From contig CALEDH010000008.1 in assembly GCA_937949785.1 (NCBI GenBank), positions 5,845 to 69,844 of the forward strand: a stretch of DNA of 64,000 nucleotides, given 5' to 3'. The notes under the pieces were generated by a model that was not told where the DNA came from, ran no database searches, and saw only the letters and a program-made list of their open reading frames with translations. Position numbers and translations under genes: made by a program. This document shows, piece by piece, positions 28,609-38,645 of the stretch; the first letter of the stretch is position 1; every line of letters starts with the position of its first letter. The stretch is from an uncultured Sulfolobales archaeon. Lineage in GTDB: Archaea; Thermoproteota; Thermoprotei_A; Sulfolobales; NBVN01.

Positions 28609-29616
28609 TTGTGGGGTTCTAAAAGTTATTGGGTGTGTAAGATAGGTGATATCCTACTAGCTAGGGCAGGTGATGTTGATATATGCGTTCCTAGGCACTA
28701 CTTCGTAAGTTTTTTCTCAAGTCCTTACGCTTCACACCTACTTGGTAGGGCTGTTGACATATCCACATCCCCTGAGTTCGGCGCTGAGTTCTACTCACCG
28801 GTTGCTGGGAGGGTTGTTAAGATTGTTAAGGTATTCACGGGTTTAGGGCCTTACTCTAAGTTTGACTACGTAATTTTCTTGAGAGTTGGGAGCTATTACG
28901 TGAAGTTAATGCATGTTAGACCTAAAGTCAGTGTCGGTGATTTAATTAGTTTAGGAGACGTCATCGGTAATTATATTAGGAGTAATTACTTCTCATACCA
29001 CCACTTACCCCATGCACATTTAGAGGTTTTAAAGTATGTTACTTTAAGACCTACTAAGTCTATGGCTGTTAAAATAGGTGATGATGTGTTAAGGACTTTC
29101 AGAGATGCTAGTGAGTTAGGTATTAGTCTGGGGGAGTTAGAAGTCTTAAAAGTCTTTAAGGACTTCTCACTATGTAAGTCATCCACCCACCCTATAGCGT
29201 TAGCTGGAGGTATGCCGGTAATACCTCAAGGTGAGTTAGGCATCGGTGCTGGTTATTTAGGGTTAATCCACATCAATTTAAAACCTCCTAAACACTGTGA
29301 GGTAAAATTGTTGGGTAGTAGTATCGGTTACACCGTACGTATTAGGGAGTGGTATTCGTTATTAAGCTGTGAGCGGGCTTCATTATTTTCAGACTGGTTC
29401 TTTAAGATGACATCTATTAGCAATGTTTTAGCGAATAGTGGTTGGGGAGGAGTTGAGGTCTACGTAAATGAATCTAGGGTTAAAGGCTTAGAATTCCTCC
29501 TAAGCGATGTATGTAATGTTAAGATTGTAGGGGATCTCAACTTAAGGCCGGGTTGTAGGGTTAGATTGAAGATAACCTCTAAGCGTAGTAGCCGATGCGA
29601 GACCGCCCCTACATAA
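28609..29616 (+). CDS. M23 peptidase-like domain protein
   Basis: SH....AVD, SPVAGRV, Y...MHV and PHAHLEV motifs; uncharacterised C-terminal half. Confidence 0.65.
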   Translation: MWGSKSYWVCKIGDILLARAGDVDICVPRHYFVSFFSSPYASHLLGRAVDISTSPEFGAEFYSPVAGRVVKIVKVFTGLGPYSKFDYVIFLRVGSYYVKLMHVRPKVSVGDLISLGDVIGNYIRSNYFSYHHLPHAHLEVLKYVTLRPTKSMAVKIGDDVLRTFRDASELGISLGELEVLKVFKDFSLCKSSTHPIALAGGMPVIPQGELGIGAGYLGLIHINLKPPKHCEVKLLGSSIGYTVRIREWYSLLSCERASLFSDWFFKMTSISNVLANSGWGGVEVYVNESRVKGLEFLLSDVCNVKIVGDLNLRPGCRVRLKITSKRSSRCETAPT

Positions 29617-29677
29617 CTATATAAATTCTAATCTCTTATGGTCTGCCCTGCGGTGGAGAGCGCTATCTGCAAGTGTT

Positions 29678-30088
29678 TTAAGTAAGTCTATTCCTAATAT
29701 CTAACCCTTCTAATAAGAAGATAAGTGAAGCTATAGATGATATGATTATAACGAATACTCTATCGGTGTTGAACCCCGAAGTTATTATGGTGATAATACT
29801 TCCTAAAGTTATCCCTAGGAAGAATACCGAGTATATGATTAGTTTAGGTATTAACCTCTTATGAATTATTAGGAAGCCTTCCAGAGGTACTGACTTATTG
29901 ATGACGTACCCACTGCTTGACCTCTTAATTATCCCTAATTCTTCAAGCCTTTTTAAGTTATAATGTACAGTACTCACAGGTAGGTTTAAATCCCTAGCTA
30001 ATTCCCTAACACCGAGCGGTGCCTCAGACTCGAAGAGCCTGAAGTATATCCTCAAAGCATTCCTACCTAATTCCTCAGCCTCACTCAA
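29678..30088 (-). CDS. Membrane-anchored winged-helix transcriptional regulator (wHTH plus 2 TM helices)
   Basis: GVRELARDLNLPVSTVHYNLKRLEELG HTH followed by two hydrophobic helices. Confidence 0.85.
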   Translation of the reverse strand: MSEAEELGRNALRIYFRLFESEAPLGVRELARDLNLPVSTVHYNLKRLEELGIIKRSSSGYVINKSVPLEGFLIIHKRLIPKLIIYSVFFLGITLGSIITIITSGFNTDRVFVIIISSIASLIFLLEGLDIRNRLT

Positions 30089-30129
30089 AGTCCTTCCTCT
30101 CTTAATCGTGTTAATGTTAATATAAACTA

Positions 30130-30157
30130 AGCGGTGTTCAGCTATTAGAACACCGCT
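30130..30157. promoter_or_regulatory. Perfect inverted repeat, candidate operator
   Basis: AGCGGTGTTC-N8-GAACACCGCT in the 112-nt divergent spacer, next to TTTATA (minus strand, about 30121-30126). Confidence 0.7.
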
Positions 30158-30200
30158 GTCTAAAGCTTAGAGTAATTAACCACGTATACGCAGTGTGTAG

Positions 30201-32336
30201 ATGGTGATTCATGTGGGGCGAAACGTGTTAGTTGTATTAGGGATTATAGCGTTGTTATTAGGGACTTCAACACCTATATTGTTTAACACTTTGTTTAAGG
30301 TAGACCTAACTCGAAATCAGATTCAGAGTACGTCGGAAACCGCTACATTCACACCGTTGAGGGTAGATGAGTTAATTAGCGGTGAGTTGAAGACGTTTAA
30401 GTCATATGATAATGTAATAAATTACTTATTAGGACTGGATAGAGCTAGGACCTTAGCTAATGAGTTGATATCATCGCCCTTCAGCCTAGGTTTAGTGAGG
30501 ACTGTGGCTGAGGGTGTGAAGCAGGGTTTAGCAGTAGATTCTGCGAGGACTCCGGGGACGAATATACAGGTATTAGGTGTTGACGAACCTGATGTGGTGA
30601 AGTGTGATGGTAATTTACTAGTAGTCGCATCGTCTTCTAAGGTGTACTTAGTCAGCGTTAAGGAGAAGGAGGTTTTAAATACTATAGTCTTTAAGAACGA
30701 GCAAGTAGGCGGTATGTTCCTACACGGTAATACCTTAATAGTGATTACGATATCTGAACCCATTGCCGTCCCACTAATCGTTGATTTAGGTCTGAAACAC
30801 TACTATGACGTAGTAATACCTCCGGGAATTTCAAATACCTCAATATACCTATACGATACGACGTCTCCTGAAAATCCTAAACTGAAGAGTAAGGTCATAG
30901 TTACCGGGTTATTAACTACTTCAAGGATGAGTGGAGGTTATGTCTACTTAATTACCTCACTACCGATGTTAAGACCTACCATACCCTTAGTTAATGATAG
31001 CCCTGTAAGGGCTGAGAACATCTTTAAGGTTGATTCAGAACCAACTACCTACACAACTATAGTGGTTTTAGACGTGGTTAAGGGTGGTTACACGTCATAC
31101 GCCTTCATGACAGGACATAGTAGTTGGCTTTACATGTCATTAAAGAACCTATACCTAGCTAGTAGTAAGGTACCATCTATATTAGAAGCATATAGAGCAG
31201 TTATAGAGGTATTAGTTAAGTACTTACCATCTGAGATCGCTTCTAAGGTTAGGAGTTATTTAGAGAGTGAGGACTTCAGGGAATGTATTGAAGTTATTTC
31301 AGACTATTTAAGCAGTTTAAGCTATGACGAAGTTAAGTACCTACTTACTAAGACCTCCGACGAGCTCAGCAATAGAATATTCAGTGAATACAGTAAGTTC
31401 TACGTGTTCTCAGTAAGTGGGGTAAATATCGAGTTGAGGGGGGGCTTCGAAGTTGCTGGTAGGGTCTTAGACCAATTCTCGATGGAGGAGGTTAGTAACT
31501 ACTTTGTAGTGGCAACTACATCAACTAATTCAACTATAAAGATACGTTACGAACAACCACCAATTATAATTTCACCCCTACCATATAGGGATGTTGTCGA
31601 AATAACCGAATGTAATGGAAGTATTTGTGTGACGAAGACCGTAACGCTTACGCAAATCCCCAAACAACAGCTATATAAGCCTAGGGTATATGTCGACGTA
31701 GTGCCGGTAGGTATTGACGAAAACAACGTATTTACGGTGAATTTAAAGGAGTTGAAGGTTGTGGGTAGTCTGAGGGGTCTGGCTAAGGGGGAGAGGATAT
31801 ACTCATCCAGACTCATCGGTAATATACTCTACTTAGTGACATATAGGCAGGTTGACCCATTATTTGCAATAGATATTTCCAACCCGGAAAAGCCGGAGGT
31901 ATTAGGATATCTTAAGATACCTGGGTTTAGTGAGTACCTACACCCACTGCCTAACAGGAGGTTATTAGGGATAGGTGTTGAAGACGGTTTTAAGATATCA
32001 TTATTCGATGTTTCAGATCCTACTAACATGCGGGAGATATCTAAGGTCGGAATAGCTAGTGCATGGAGTATCGCATACAGCGACCACCACGCAGTGACAG
32101 TAGACTTAGACAACGAATTAGTCTTCATACCGGTAAGTATTAGGAGGGGCACTCCATCAGGGATCTTAGCTATCTCCTATAAAGGTGACGTGCTAACAAC
32201 TAGAAAATTCATAGAACATGAAGGAGCTATAAGGACTACGTATGTCAATGATGAACTCTACACGATATCACTGGACGTAGTTAAGGTTTTCAATATAAGA
32301 GGTTTAAACCTAATTAATGAAATTAAGCTAAGTTGA
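30201..32336 (+). CDS. Secreted or anchored beta-propeller domain protein (COG4880-like)
   Basis: N-terminal TM helix; TNIQVLGVDEPDVVK, DQFSM, GERIYSSR, VTYRQVDPLF and LKIPGFSEYLHP signatures. Confidence 0.9.
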   Translation: MVIHVGRNVLVVLGIIALLLGTSTPILFNTLFKVDLTRNQIQSTSETATFTPLRVDELISGELKTFKSYDNVINYLLGLDRARTLANELISSPFSLGLVRTVAEGVKQGLAVDSARTPGTNIQVLGVDEPDVVKCDGNLLVVASSSKVYLVSVKEKEVLNTIVFKNEQVGGMFLHGNTLIVITISEPIAVPLIVDLGLKHYYDVVIPPGISNTSIYLYDTTSPENPKLKSKVIVTGLLTTSRMSGGYVYLITSLPMLRPTIPLVNDSPVRAENIFKVDSEPTTYTTIVVLDVVKGGYTSYAFMTGHSSWLYMSLKNLYLASSKVPSILEAYRAVIEVLVKYLPSEIASKVRSYLESEDFRECIEVISDYLSSLSYDEVKYLLTKTSDELSNRIFSEYSKFYVFSVSGVNIELRGGFEVAGRVLDQFSMEEVSNYFVVATTSTNSTIKIRYEQPPIIISPLPYRDVVEITECNGSICVTKTVTLTQIPKQQLYKPRVYVDVVPVGIDENNVFTVNLKELKVVGSLRGLAKGERIYSSRLIGNILYLVTYRQVDPLFAIDISNPEKPEVLGYLKIPGFSEYLHPLPNRRLLGIGVEDGFKISLFDVSDPTNMREISKVGIASAWSIAYSDHHAVTVDLDNELVFIPVSIRRGTPSGILAISYKGDVLTTRKFIEHEGAIRTTYVNDELYTISLDVVKVFNIRGLNLINEIKLS

Positions 32337-32417
32337 ATGTTAAAACAACGTTTTCATTATTATAATATTATATAAGTAATATAACGTTGACATATATTAA
32401 GAGTAAGTGGTGTAGGT

Positions 32418-32837
32418 ATGTTCCAGAGGTATATCATATATCTTACAATCACCATCACACTACTATTGCTTCCCATAGTAGTAGCTGCCCAACCTGAGAC
32501 GGGGATCAACTTTACAGACATACTTGAGGATGTTATAAGAAATCCTAGAATGTTAATAGTTATGGGTATTCAGTTCATGATGGGTTTAGGCTTAGGTTAC
32601 TACGCTTCAAAAGCTCTTAAGTACATCTTAGCTTTAATAGCTATTCTAGTTTTAGGGACTGTTCTCTCTGTATGGAGCATAGGCTCATCACCTGAGAGCT
32701 TCCTCACAGAACTTTACATTAACTTTAGAGAACTAATACCATACATACTCACATTCCTACAACTGTTGGGCATAATGACTATAGGTCCGGTAACACTTGG
32801 ATTCATAGTAGGAGTTCTGTTAGCGATAAGGAAGTAA
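32418..32837 (+). CDS. Small membrane protein (FUN14-like) with signal peptide
   Basis: G.GLGYY.SKALK...GFIVG motif; several TM helices. Confidence 0.65.
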   Translation: MFQRYIIYLTITITLLLLPIVVAAQPETGINFTDILEDVIRNPRMLIVMGIQFMMGLGLGYYASKALKYILALIAILVLGTVLSVWSIGSSPESFLTELYINFRELIPYILTFLQLLGIMTIGPVTLGFIVGVLLAIRK

Positions 32838-33023
32838 AAATACTTAAAACAGTGTTTAGCGCTTCGGTACGTCAATTACATAATTTTTTATATCGAGTTA
32901 GGTAGGATTTTCTTTGATCTTAACTACCTCTACGTTAAATGCTGATGTTTAATCAGTAATTTATAACATTTACAGCAGATCCAGATATAGCTATGTGTAG
33001 GAAGCATCAATAATGTTACGAAT

Positions 33024-34403
33024 TTAAGTGTTTATAGGCTTTATTATCGGTTTTAACCAACTACACCTTAATATCCATCCAAGCGCTAATAAGCCTGCTA
33101 TAACGTTACTTATTGACATACCGATCCAAAGCCCTTTAACACCAATGTTAAGAGGTCCTGGGCCGAATAAGTAAGCTAGTGCATTCCTAAGTACCCATAA
33201 TCTTAGAATGCTTAAGAACATAATTATCTTTGTATGTCCTGATGCAGTAGCAATAGCAAACGCTGTTCTAAGTATTGTGAAAAATATTATTGAGGGCCCC
33301 ATGTATAGGACGAAATCAGCTGCATTTTGAATTACTTCAACATCTGAAGGTGTGAATAGTGAGACTATTTCAAACCTTAGAAGTATGTAGCTGAGGATTC
33401 CAGTACTAGTTATTAGTACGCCGTAGGTAAGTGTTCTATATACTACCTTCTTAGCCCTACTAAGCATTTCAGCACCTAGGCTCTGACCGATCATCGTAGT
33501 AGCAGCGCTAAGCAAGCTTCCAACAAATATATCCAGAAGTCCTAGAGGCCTATCACCTATTCCCCATGATGCGAGGGCAGCACTACCCATAAGGCTTATA
33601 ATTCCCGCTAGGACTGTAAACCCGGCTGCCTCACCAACTGATGAGATAGAGATTGGAAGCCCTATCCTAATTAACTTCTTCAACAATTCTTGATGGGGCT
33701 TTAGGTGGGAGAAACTTAGGTTCACCCATCTAGTACCTCTGACTAGGAGGTAGATTATTATTGAGATAGCAATTAAATTACTGATTAATGTAGCTATAGC
33801 TGCACCAGCAATACCTAGGTGAGGTAGTGGGCCTAAGCCAAATATAAGTATAGGGTCTAAGACTACGTTCATAAGCACTCCAACTACAGTTACTTTCATC
33901 GGCGTTACCGTATCTCCAGTAGCGCTGAAGATCAGTATTGCAGAGTCCATTAAACCATATGTGATGAATCCCAAAGCGAATATCCTTCCGTAGGTTACTG
34001 CATCCGGTATAACCTCGTGAGGAACTCCGAGTAATTGTAGGAGTGGTTGAATTGCTATGTATGCAGCTAACGTGATTGGAATTCCAGTTAATAGCACTAT
34101 GAGGATTACTTGACCGGCAGCCCTCATAGATAGGTTGTACTCCCTAGCACCCCAATACTGAGATACTAATGAAATGCCAGCCTGTAGTAGTCCTGCTAAT
34201 CCGCTAATTACTAAGAAGATGATAGGCCATGTAGCATTGATAGCTGCTAAGGCATTCCTGCCAAGCCTTCCCAACCAGAACATATCAGTTAGGTTGTAGG
34301 TTATATGTAGCGCTTGTATCACAGCTATAGGAAGCCCTAACTTAAGCATTGCCCTCATAACCGAAACCTTTAACACCCATTCCTTATCATCCACATAAAA
34401 CAC
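33024..34403 (-). CDS. MATE family efflux transporter
   Basis: NLTDMFWLGRLG, GDTVTP, NVVLDP.LIFG and GIAGAAIAT motifs. Confidence 0.93.
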   Translation of the reverse strand: MFYVDDKEWVLKVSVMRAMLKLGLPIAVIQALHITYNLTDMFWLGRLGRNALAAINATWPIIFLVISGLAGLLQAGISLVSQYWGAREYNLSMRAAGQVILIVLLTGIPITLAAYIAIQPLLQLLGVPHEVIPDAVTYGRIFALGFITYGLMDSAILIFSATGDTVTPMKVTVVGVLMNVVLDPILIFGLGPLPHLGIAGAAIATLISNLIAISIIIYLLVRGTRWVNLSFSHLKPHQELLKKLIRIGLPISISSVGEAAGFTVLAGIISLMGSAALASWGIGDRPLGLLDIFVGSLLSAATTMIGQSLGAEMLSRAKKVVYRTLTYGVLITSTGILSYILLRFEIVSLFTPSDVEVIQNAADFVLYMGPSIIFFTILRTAFAIATASGHTKIIMFLSILRLWVLRNALAYLFGPGPLNIGVKGLWIGMSISNVIAGLLALGWILRCSWLKPIIKPINT

Positions 34404-34545
34404 CTGCAGCTGCTATTCATATAGTCGTAGCTATATTTACGTCTAAATCTAAGCTATATTAGGTTCTCATAGATTTAAGCGTTATTTTACTTATTTACTC
34501 TAAATAAATACGTAGAATGTTTAATTAACTCTTCTCATCATTACT

Positions 34546-35751
34546 ATGGGGGATACCATGTCCTTAGACTATGTCGAGAATAGGATCCTCGAGTATTCGC
34601 GTAGTCTAAGTAGTTACGTAATTGATTTAAGGAGGAAAACTCATATGTACCCAGAGTTAAGGTTTGAGGAGTTTAAGACCTCGCAATTAGTTCTTAATGA
34701 ACTTAACTCTATGGGTATCCAAGCTTACAGAGCTGCTGGTACAGGTGTTATAGGGTTGATTAAGGGTATGGAGGGAGGCGACGTCGTTGCTCTGAGGGCT
34801 GATATGGATGCGTTACCTATTCAAGAGGAGAACGACGTTCCATATAGGTCTAGGATTCCCGGTAAGATGCATGCTTGCGGTCACGATGCCCACGTAGCTA
34901 TGTTATTAGGTGCTGCTAAGGTCTTAAGCGAGTTTAAGGACTACTTAAGAGGCTCTGTTAAGCTAATATTCCAACCTGCTGAGGAGGGCGGTGCAGGTGC
35001 TAGGAGGCTCGTTGATGAAGGAGTTCTAGATGATGTTAAGGCTATCTACGGTATTCACGTATGGGCTGAACTACCTTCAGGTGTGATAGCAACTAGGAAA
35101 GGACCTATGAATGCTTCAGCAACCTCATTTATGATTAGGATTAAAGGTTTAGGAGGTCATGCAGCACATCCAGAATTAACTAAAGACCCGACAACACCAG
35201 CTGTAGATATCTGCAGCGCCATCCAGAAAGTAGTGTCTAGGAATGTAGATCCTTTCACACCTATAGTTATCTCAACACCTAGATTTGAAGGCAGCAATGC
35301 AAGTAATGTGATACCGGATGAGGTTAAGATCTATGGGACATTAAGAGTTTTCGATATGGACTTAAGAGATAAGGTGTTAAAGAGATTAGAAACTATAGTT
35401 AGGCATTATTCACTTGCTTGGGAATGTGAGGGTAGCTTAGAAGTTACTGAGATCACATACCCACCGGTCATAAATAGCTCAGAACACGCTGAATTCGTCA
35501 TGGAAATAGCTAAGAAGTTAGGGGGGGTTAGAGAGGCATCTATGAGCATGGGTGCTGAGGACTTCTCATACTACCTCCAGAAAGTTGGGGGAGCGTTCAT
35601 AGTTCTAGGAATTAAAAACGAGGGTAAGGGAATAATATACCCACATCACCATCCTAAGTTCGATGTCGATGAAGACGTGCTCTGGAAGGGGGCAGCGCTG
35701 CATGCCTTGCTAGCATATAATTACTTAAAACTAGGAGGTACCAGGCATTAA
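34546..35751 (+). CDS. M20D amidohydrolase / thermostable carboxypeptidase (CpsA-like)
   Basis: RADMDALP, MHACGHD, FQPAEE, GGHAA, AEDF and HHP motifs. Confidence 0.92.
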   Translation: MGDTMSLDYVENRILEYSRSLSSYVIDLRRKTHMYPELRFEEFKTSQLVLNELNSMGIQAYRAAGTGVIGLIKGMEGGDVVALRADMDALPIQEENDVPYRSRIPGKMHACGHDAHVAMLLGAAKVLSEFKDYLRGSVKLIFQPAEEGGAGARRLVDEGVLDDVKAIYGIHVWAELPSGVIATRKGPMNASATSFMIRIKGLGGHAAHPELTKDPTTPAVDICSAIQKVVSRNVDPFTPIVISTPRFEGSNASNVIPDEVKIYGTLRVFDMDLRDKVLKRLETIVRHYSLAWECEGSLEVTEITYPPVINSSEHAEFVMEIAKKLGGVREASMSMGAEDFSYYLQKVGGAFIVLGIKNEGKGIIYPHHHPKFDVDEDVLWKGAALHALLAYNYLKLGGTRH

Positions 35752-35969
35752 TAACGTATCCTACCTAACAGTCAGCATCATACCCCTTATAACATCAACA
35801 TTAGAATGCCGATCAGTAGAACCTCATAGACAGTCGTTTAAGCTTATATACAAACTACCCGCTTCTTAGCGGTGAAACATACATAGAGGTCGAATACGTA
35901 CTTCGTAAGGTATGAAGCACTTTAAAATCTCTAGAAAAACAGTTATATTCCTAAATCTAAAAATCATAT

Positions 35970-37091
35970 GTGGTTGTACATATGAGTATTCAGGAAAATC
36001 ATGAGTCACCTGGTTATGTAAGGATTAGTACTGCGGCTGACATCGTATTAGGCTTTACGTCGGGGAGGTTCTATAGGAATGCCTTCCCATACTGTATAAA
36101 CTTACTCCTCCACTTTAATGATGGCTGTAGAGCTAATTGCCTATACTGCGGGCAGGCAAGAGAGATCAGCACATCACCGATATGTAAGTCGTTAATAAGG
36201 GTTGAATGGCCTATAAGGAAGTTAGAAGACATCATTGAAAGGCTTAACGCGTTTGTCTACAGCGGTTGTTCTTTAAGACCTTACAGAGTCTGCGTTGCAT
36301 CGATATCTAATCCTAGGGCTGTGGAGGCCGAGGTAGAAGTTATTAGGAGGATTTACAGTGAGGTTAGGATACCGCTCTCAGCTCTAATAACCCCTACACT
36401 CTTCTTAAAGGATAGCATGAAGGAGTTGAAGGCAGCTGGTGCGGAGCGTTTAGGGATAGCGATTGATTGTGCTAGTGAGCACTTATTCGAAATCCTTAGG
36501 GGTAGGAAGGTTAGGGGAATACATTCCTGGAAGAGACATCTTGAAGGGGTTAGAGAGGGGGTTGAGGTGATGGGTAAGGGAAGGGTTGGAATCCATCTGA
36601 TCATCGGCCTAGGTGAGACTGAGGAAGAAGCAGTTAAACTCATTCAATGGGCTCATGATGTAGGAGCTGAAACACATTTATTCTCCTTCTATCCGGAGGA
36701 GGAGTCAGTCTTAAGTAATTGGGTTAGACCGCCCATAGGGCAGTATAGAAGGGTCCAACTAGCGAGGTACTTAATAAACACTGAGATAAGTAGGTATGAA
36801 TCGATGAGGTTTAACAGTTCTGGGCAAGTAGTTGATTACGGCATACCAAGAAGCGTATTAGAAGAAGCGATTAGTACGGGCATACCATTCGTAACGTCAG
36901 GCTGTCCTGGCTGTAATAGGCCGTATGCTAATGAGAGACCTAGTGAGAGGCCTAGGAACTATCCATACGTTCCTAAGGGGAGGGAATTAGAGATTATTAG
37001 GAAGGAGTTAAATTCCTACGAACCTATAGGTAATAATTACGAGAAATTAATGGCGTATCTAAGTAGGGTCTTAATAAGCACTCCACATTAA
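35970..37091 (+). CDS. lipS2: Archaeal-type lipoyl synthase subunit LipS2 (radical SAM, biotin-synthase related)
   Basis: CRANCLYC plus C-terminal TSGCPGCNRP, the TxGCPxC(N/D)RP motif of Thermococcus TK2248-type proteins. Confidence 0.85.
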   Translation: MVVHMSIQENHESPGYVRISTAADIVLGFTSGRFYRNAFPYCINLLLHFNDGCRANCLYCGQAREISTSPICKSLIRVEWPIRKLEDIIERLNAFVYSGCSLRPYRVCVASISNPRAVEAEVEVIRRIYSEVRIPLSALITPTLFLKDSMKELKAAGAERLGIAIDCASEHLFEILRGRKVRGIHSWKRHLEGVREGVEVMGKGRVGIHLIIGLGETEEEAVKLIQWAHDVGAETHLFSFYPEEESVLSNWVRPPIGQYRRVQLARYLINTEISRYESMRFNSSGQVVDYGIPRSVLEEAISTGIPFVTSGCPGCNRPYANERPSERPRNYPYVPKGRELEIIRKELNSYEPIGNNYEKLMAYLSRVLISTPH

Positions 37092-37135
37092 ATCATAGCA
37101 AAACCTTTTTATAGTAATTAAACTCTCTAATTAAG

Positions 37136-37462
37136 TCAGCCTAACTTCAAACGACTCCTTACGTCTACGTTAAGGGAATTTAAGACATCCTTAAATTCTT
37201 CAAACACTCTCTCTCTTGCCTCAGATTCCTCAAGTCCTTCATCTACATAACTCACTATCTGTAATTCCATAAGAGTTAGTAAGCTTTCGACGAATTCCTC
37301 CTCACTTAACTTCCCTATCACTAACCCTGCGTGAACTATGACGTAATCTCCGATATCAACGTCATCAACGCTTAATATAGCATCTATTAACGTACCTCCC
37401 ACTCTTACTTTAGCGTACATCCCATCGATCTCCACTACTTTACCAGGAACACCCCAACACAT
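37136..37462 (-). CDS. hypC: [NiFe]-hydrogenase maturation chaperone HypC with C-terminal extension
   Basis: MCWGVPG (Cys2) and GDYVIVHAG. Confidence 0.93.
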   Translation of the reverse strand: MCWGVPGKVVEIDGMYAKVRVGGTLIDAILSVDDVDIGDYVIVHAGLVIGKLSEEEFVESLLTLMELQIVSYVDEGLEESEARERVFEEFKDVLNSLNVDVRSRLKLG

Positions 37463-37463
37463 C

Positions 37464-38645
37464 TTAATAACCTCTAAGGAGTTCTAAGCCGCCGTAGGAA
37501 GCCCAAATCCTACACGTACCCTCGGAGGAAACCATGCAGGGCCCGTACGGAGTTTCAGGTACGCATTTCTTCATGAATAATGGGCATTCGATAGGCTTAG
37601 CAATACCTAATACAACCTCACTACACCTACAGCCGGGTAGTAGCTCAGCTACATGTGTTTCTGAAGGTGCTGTAAGTCTTCTAAGACCGAACTCTTTAGC
37701 GGCATCATACATGCTGTACTCATCTTTAAGTTCTAAACCACTCATAGGTACTAAGCCTATCCCTCTCCAGGCAGCGTCGCATACCTCGAATACATCCGTA
37801 ATTGCTTTCTTAGCTACCATGTTCCCATCCCATTTAACCAACCTCCTATACTCAATTACTACTGATGGTTCGTTGCTTAATAACATTTTAAGGATCTCAG
37901 CTACTGCTACTAAAACATCTATAGGTTCAAAACCTGTTACGACGGTAGGTATTCCAAATTCCTTGGGGAGGAAGTCCCAAGCAATACCCCCAACAATTGA
38001 TGATACGTGGCCGGGTGCGATAACACCTCTAATTGGGAGTAAGCCTCTCCTCCTATATAGTTCGACAGTATACCTCATCACAGGAGGTGTTAGCCGTAGG
38101 GCACTTAACAATTTAAGGTTTTCCGGAATATCACCGTTCCGTATGGGTAGGGCGTATGAGGGGGCTGTAGTCTCAAAACCTATGCCGAAGAAGACAGAGT
38201 CCTTACCAACCGCCTTAGCATCTCTAACAGCGTCTAAGAAGCTATAAACAACCTTAACATCCCCGCCTAATGCCTGAGCCTGCGAGAGGTTATTAGGCTC
38301 TTTAACTGAAGTAGTAGGAAGTTTGAAAGCATCACCAAATGTATACACTCTAATACCCTCTAATGATAGCTTAATTAGTTCCTCAACATATGTTGCCGGC
38401 GTTATACATACTGGGCATCCAGGACCTGCAACTAGCTCTAATGCCCCCGGCATTAAAGACCTTAAGCCATAATACGTAGTTGTCCATTCATGAGTACCGC
38501 AGAAGTTCATTATCTTAGTACTACCCCCCACCTCCTTAGCTAGGGAGTCACAGCTCGAGGTAATACTCCTTATTAAAGTCTTAGCGATACCTGTATTCAC
38601 TCTAAATACTTTCTGTACAGCTTCTTCTAACCCCATCCATAACAC
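37464..38645 (-). CDS. hypD: [NiFe]-hydrogenase maturation protein HypD
   Basis: CGTH, GPGCPVC, GFETT and PGHVS motifs, plus C-terminal CxC...C...C...GPCMVSSEGTC. Confidence 0.96.
   Translation of the reverse strand: MLWMGLEEAVQKVFRVNTGIAKTLIRSITSSCDSLAKEVGGSTKIMNFCGTHEWTTTYYGLRSLMPGALELVAGPGCPVCITPATYVEELIKLSLEGIRVYTFGDAFKLPTTSVKEPNNLSQAQALGGDVKVVYSFLDAVRDAKAVGKDSVFFGIGFETTAPSYALPIRNGDIPENLKLLSALRLTPPVMRYTVELYRRRGLLPIRGVIAPGHVSSIVGGIAWDFLPKEFGIPTVVTGFEPIDVLVAVAEILKMLLSNEPSVVIEYRRLVKWDGNMVAKKAITDVFEVCDAAWRGIGLVPMSGLELKDEYSMYDAAKEFGLRRLTAPSETHVAELLPGCRCSEVVLGIAKPIECPLFMKKCVPETPYGPCMVSSEGTCRIWASYGGLELLRGY

Noticed and set aside
37534-38247. 237-aa plus-strand ORF and similar antisense ORFs (e.g. 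7493..8083, 40385..40816, 21141..21515)
   Set aside because: Ser/Pro/Thr/Leu-rich shadows of well-supported genes on the opposite strand.
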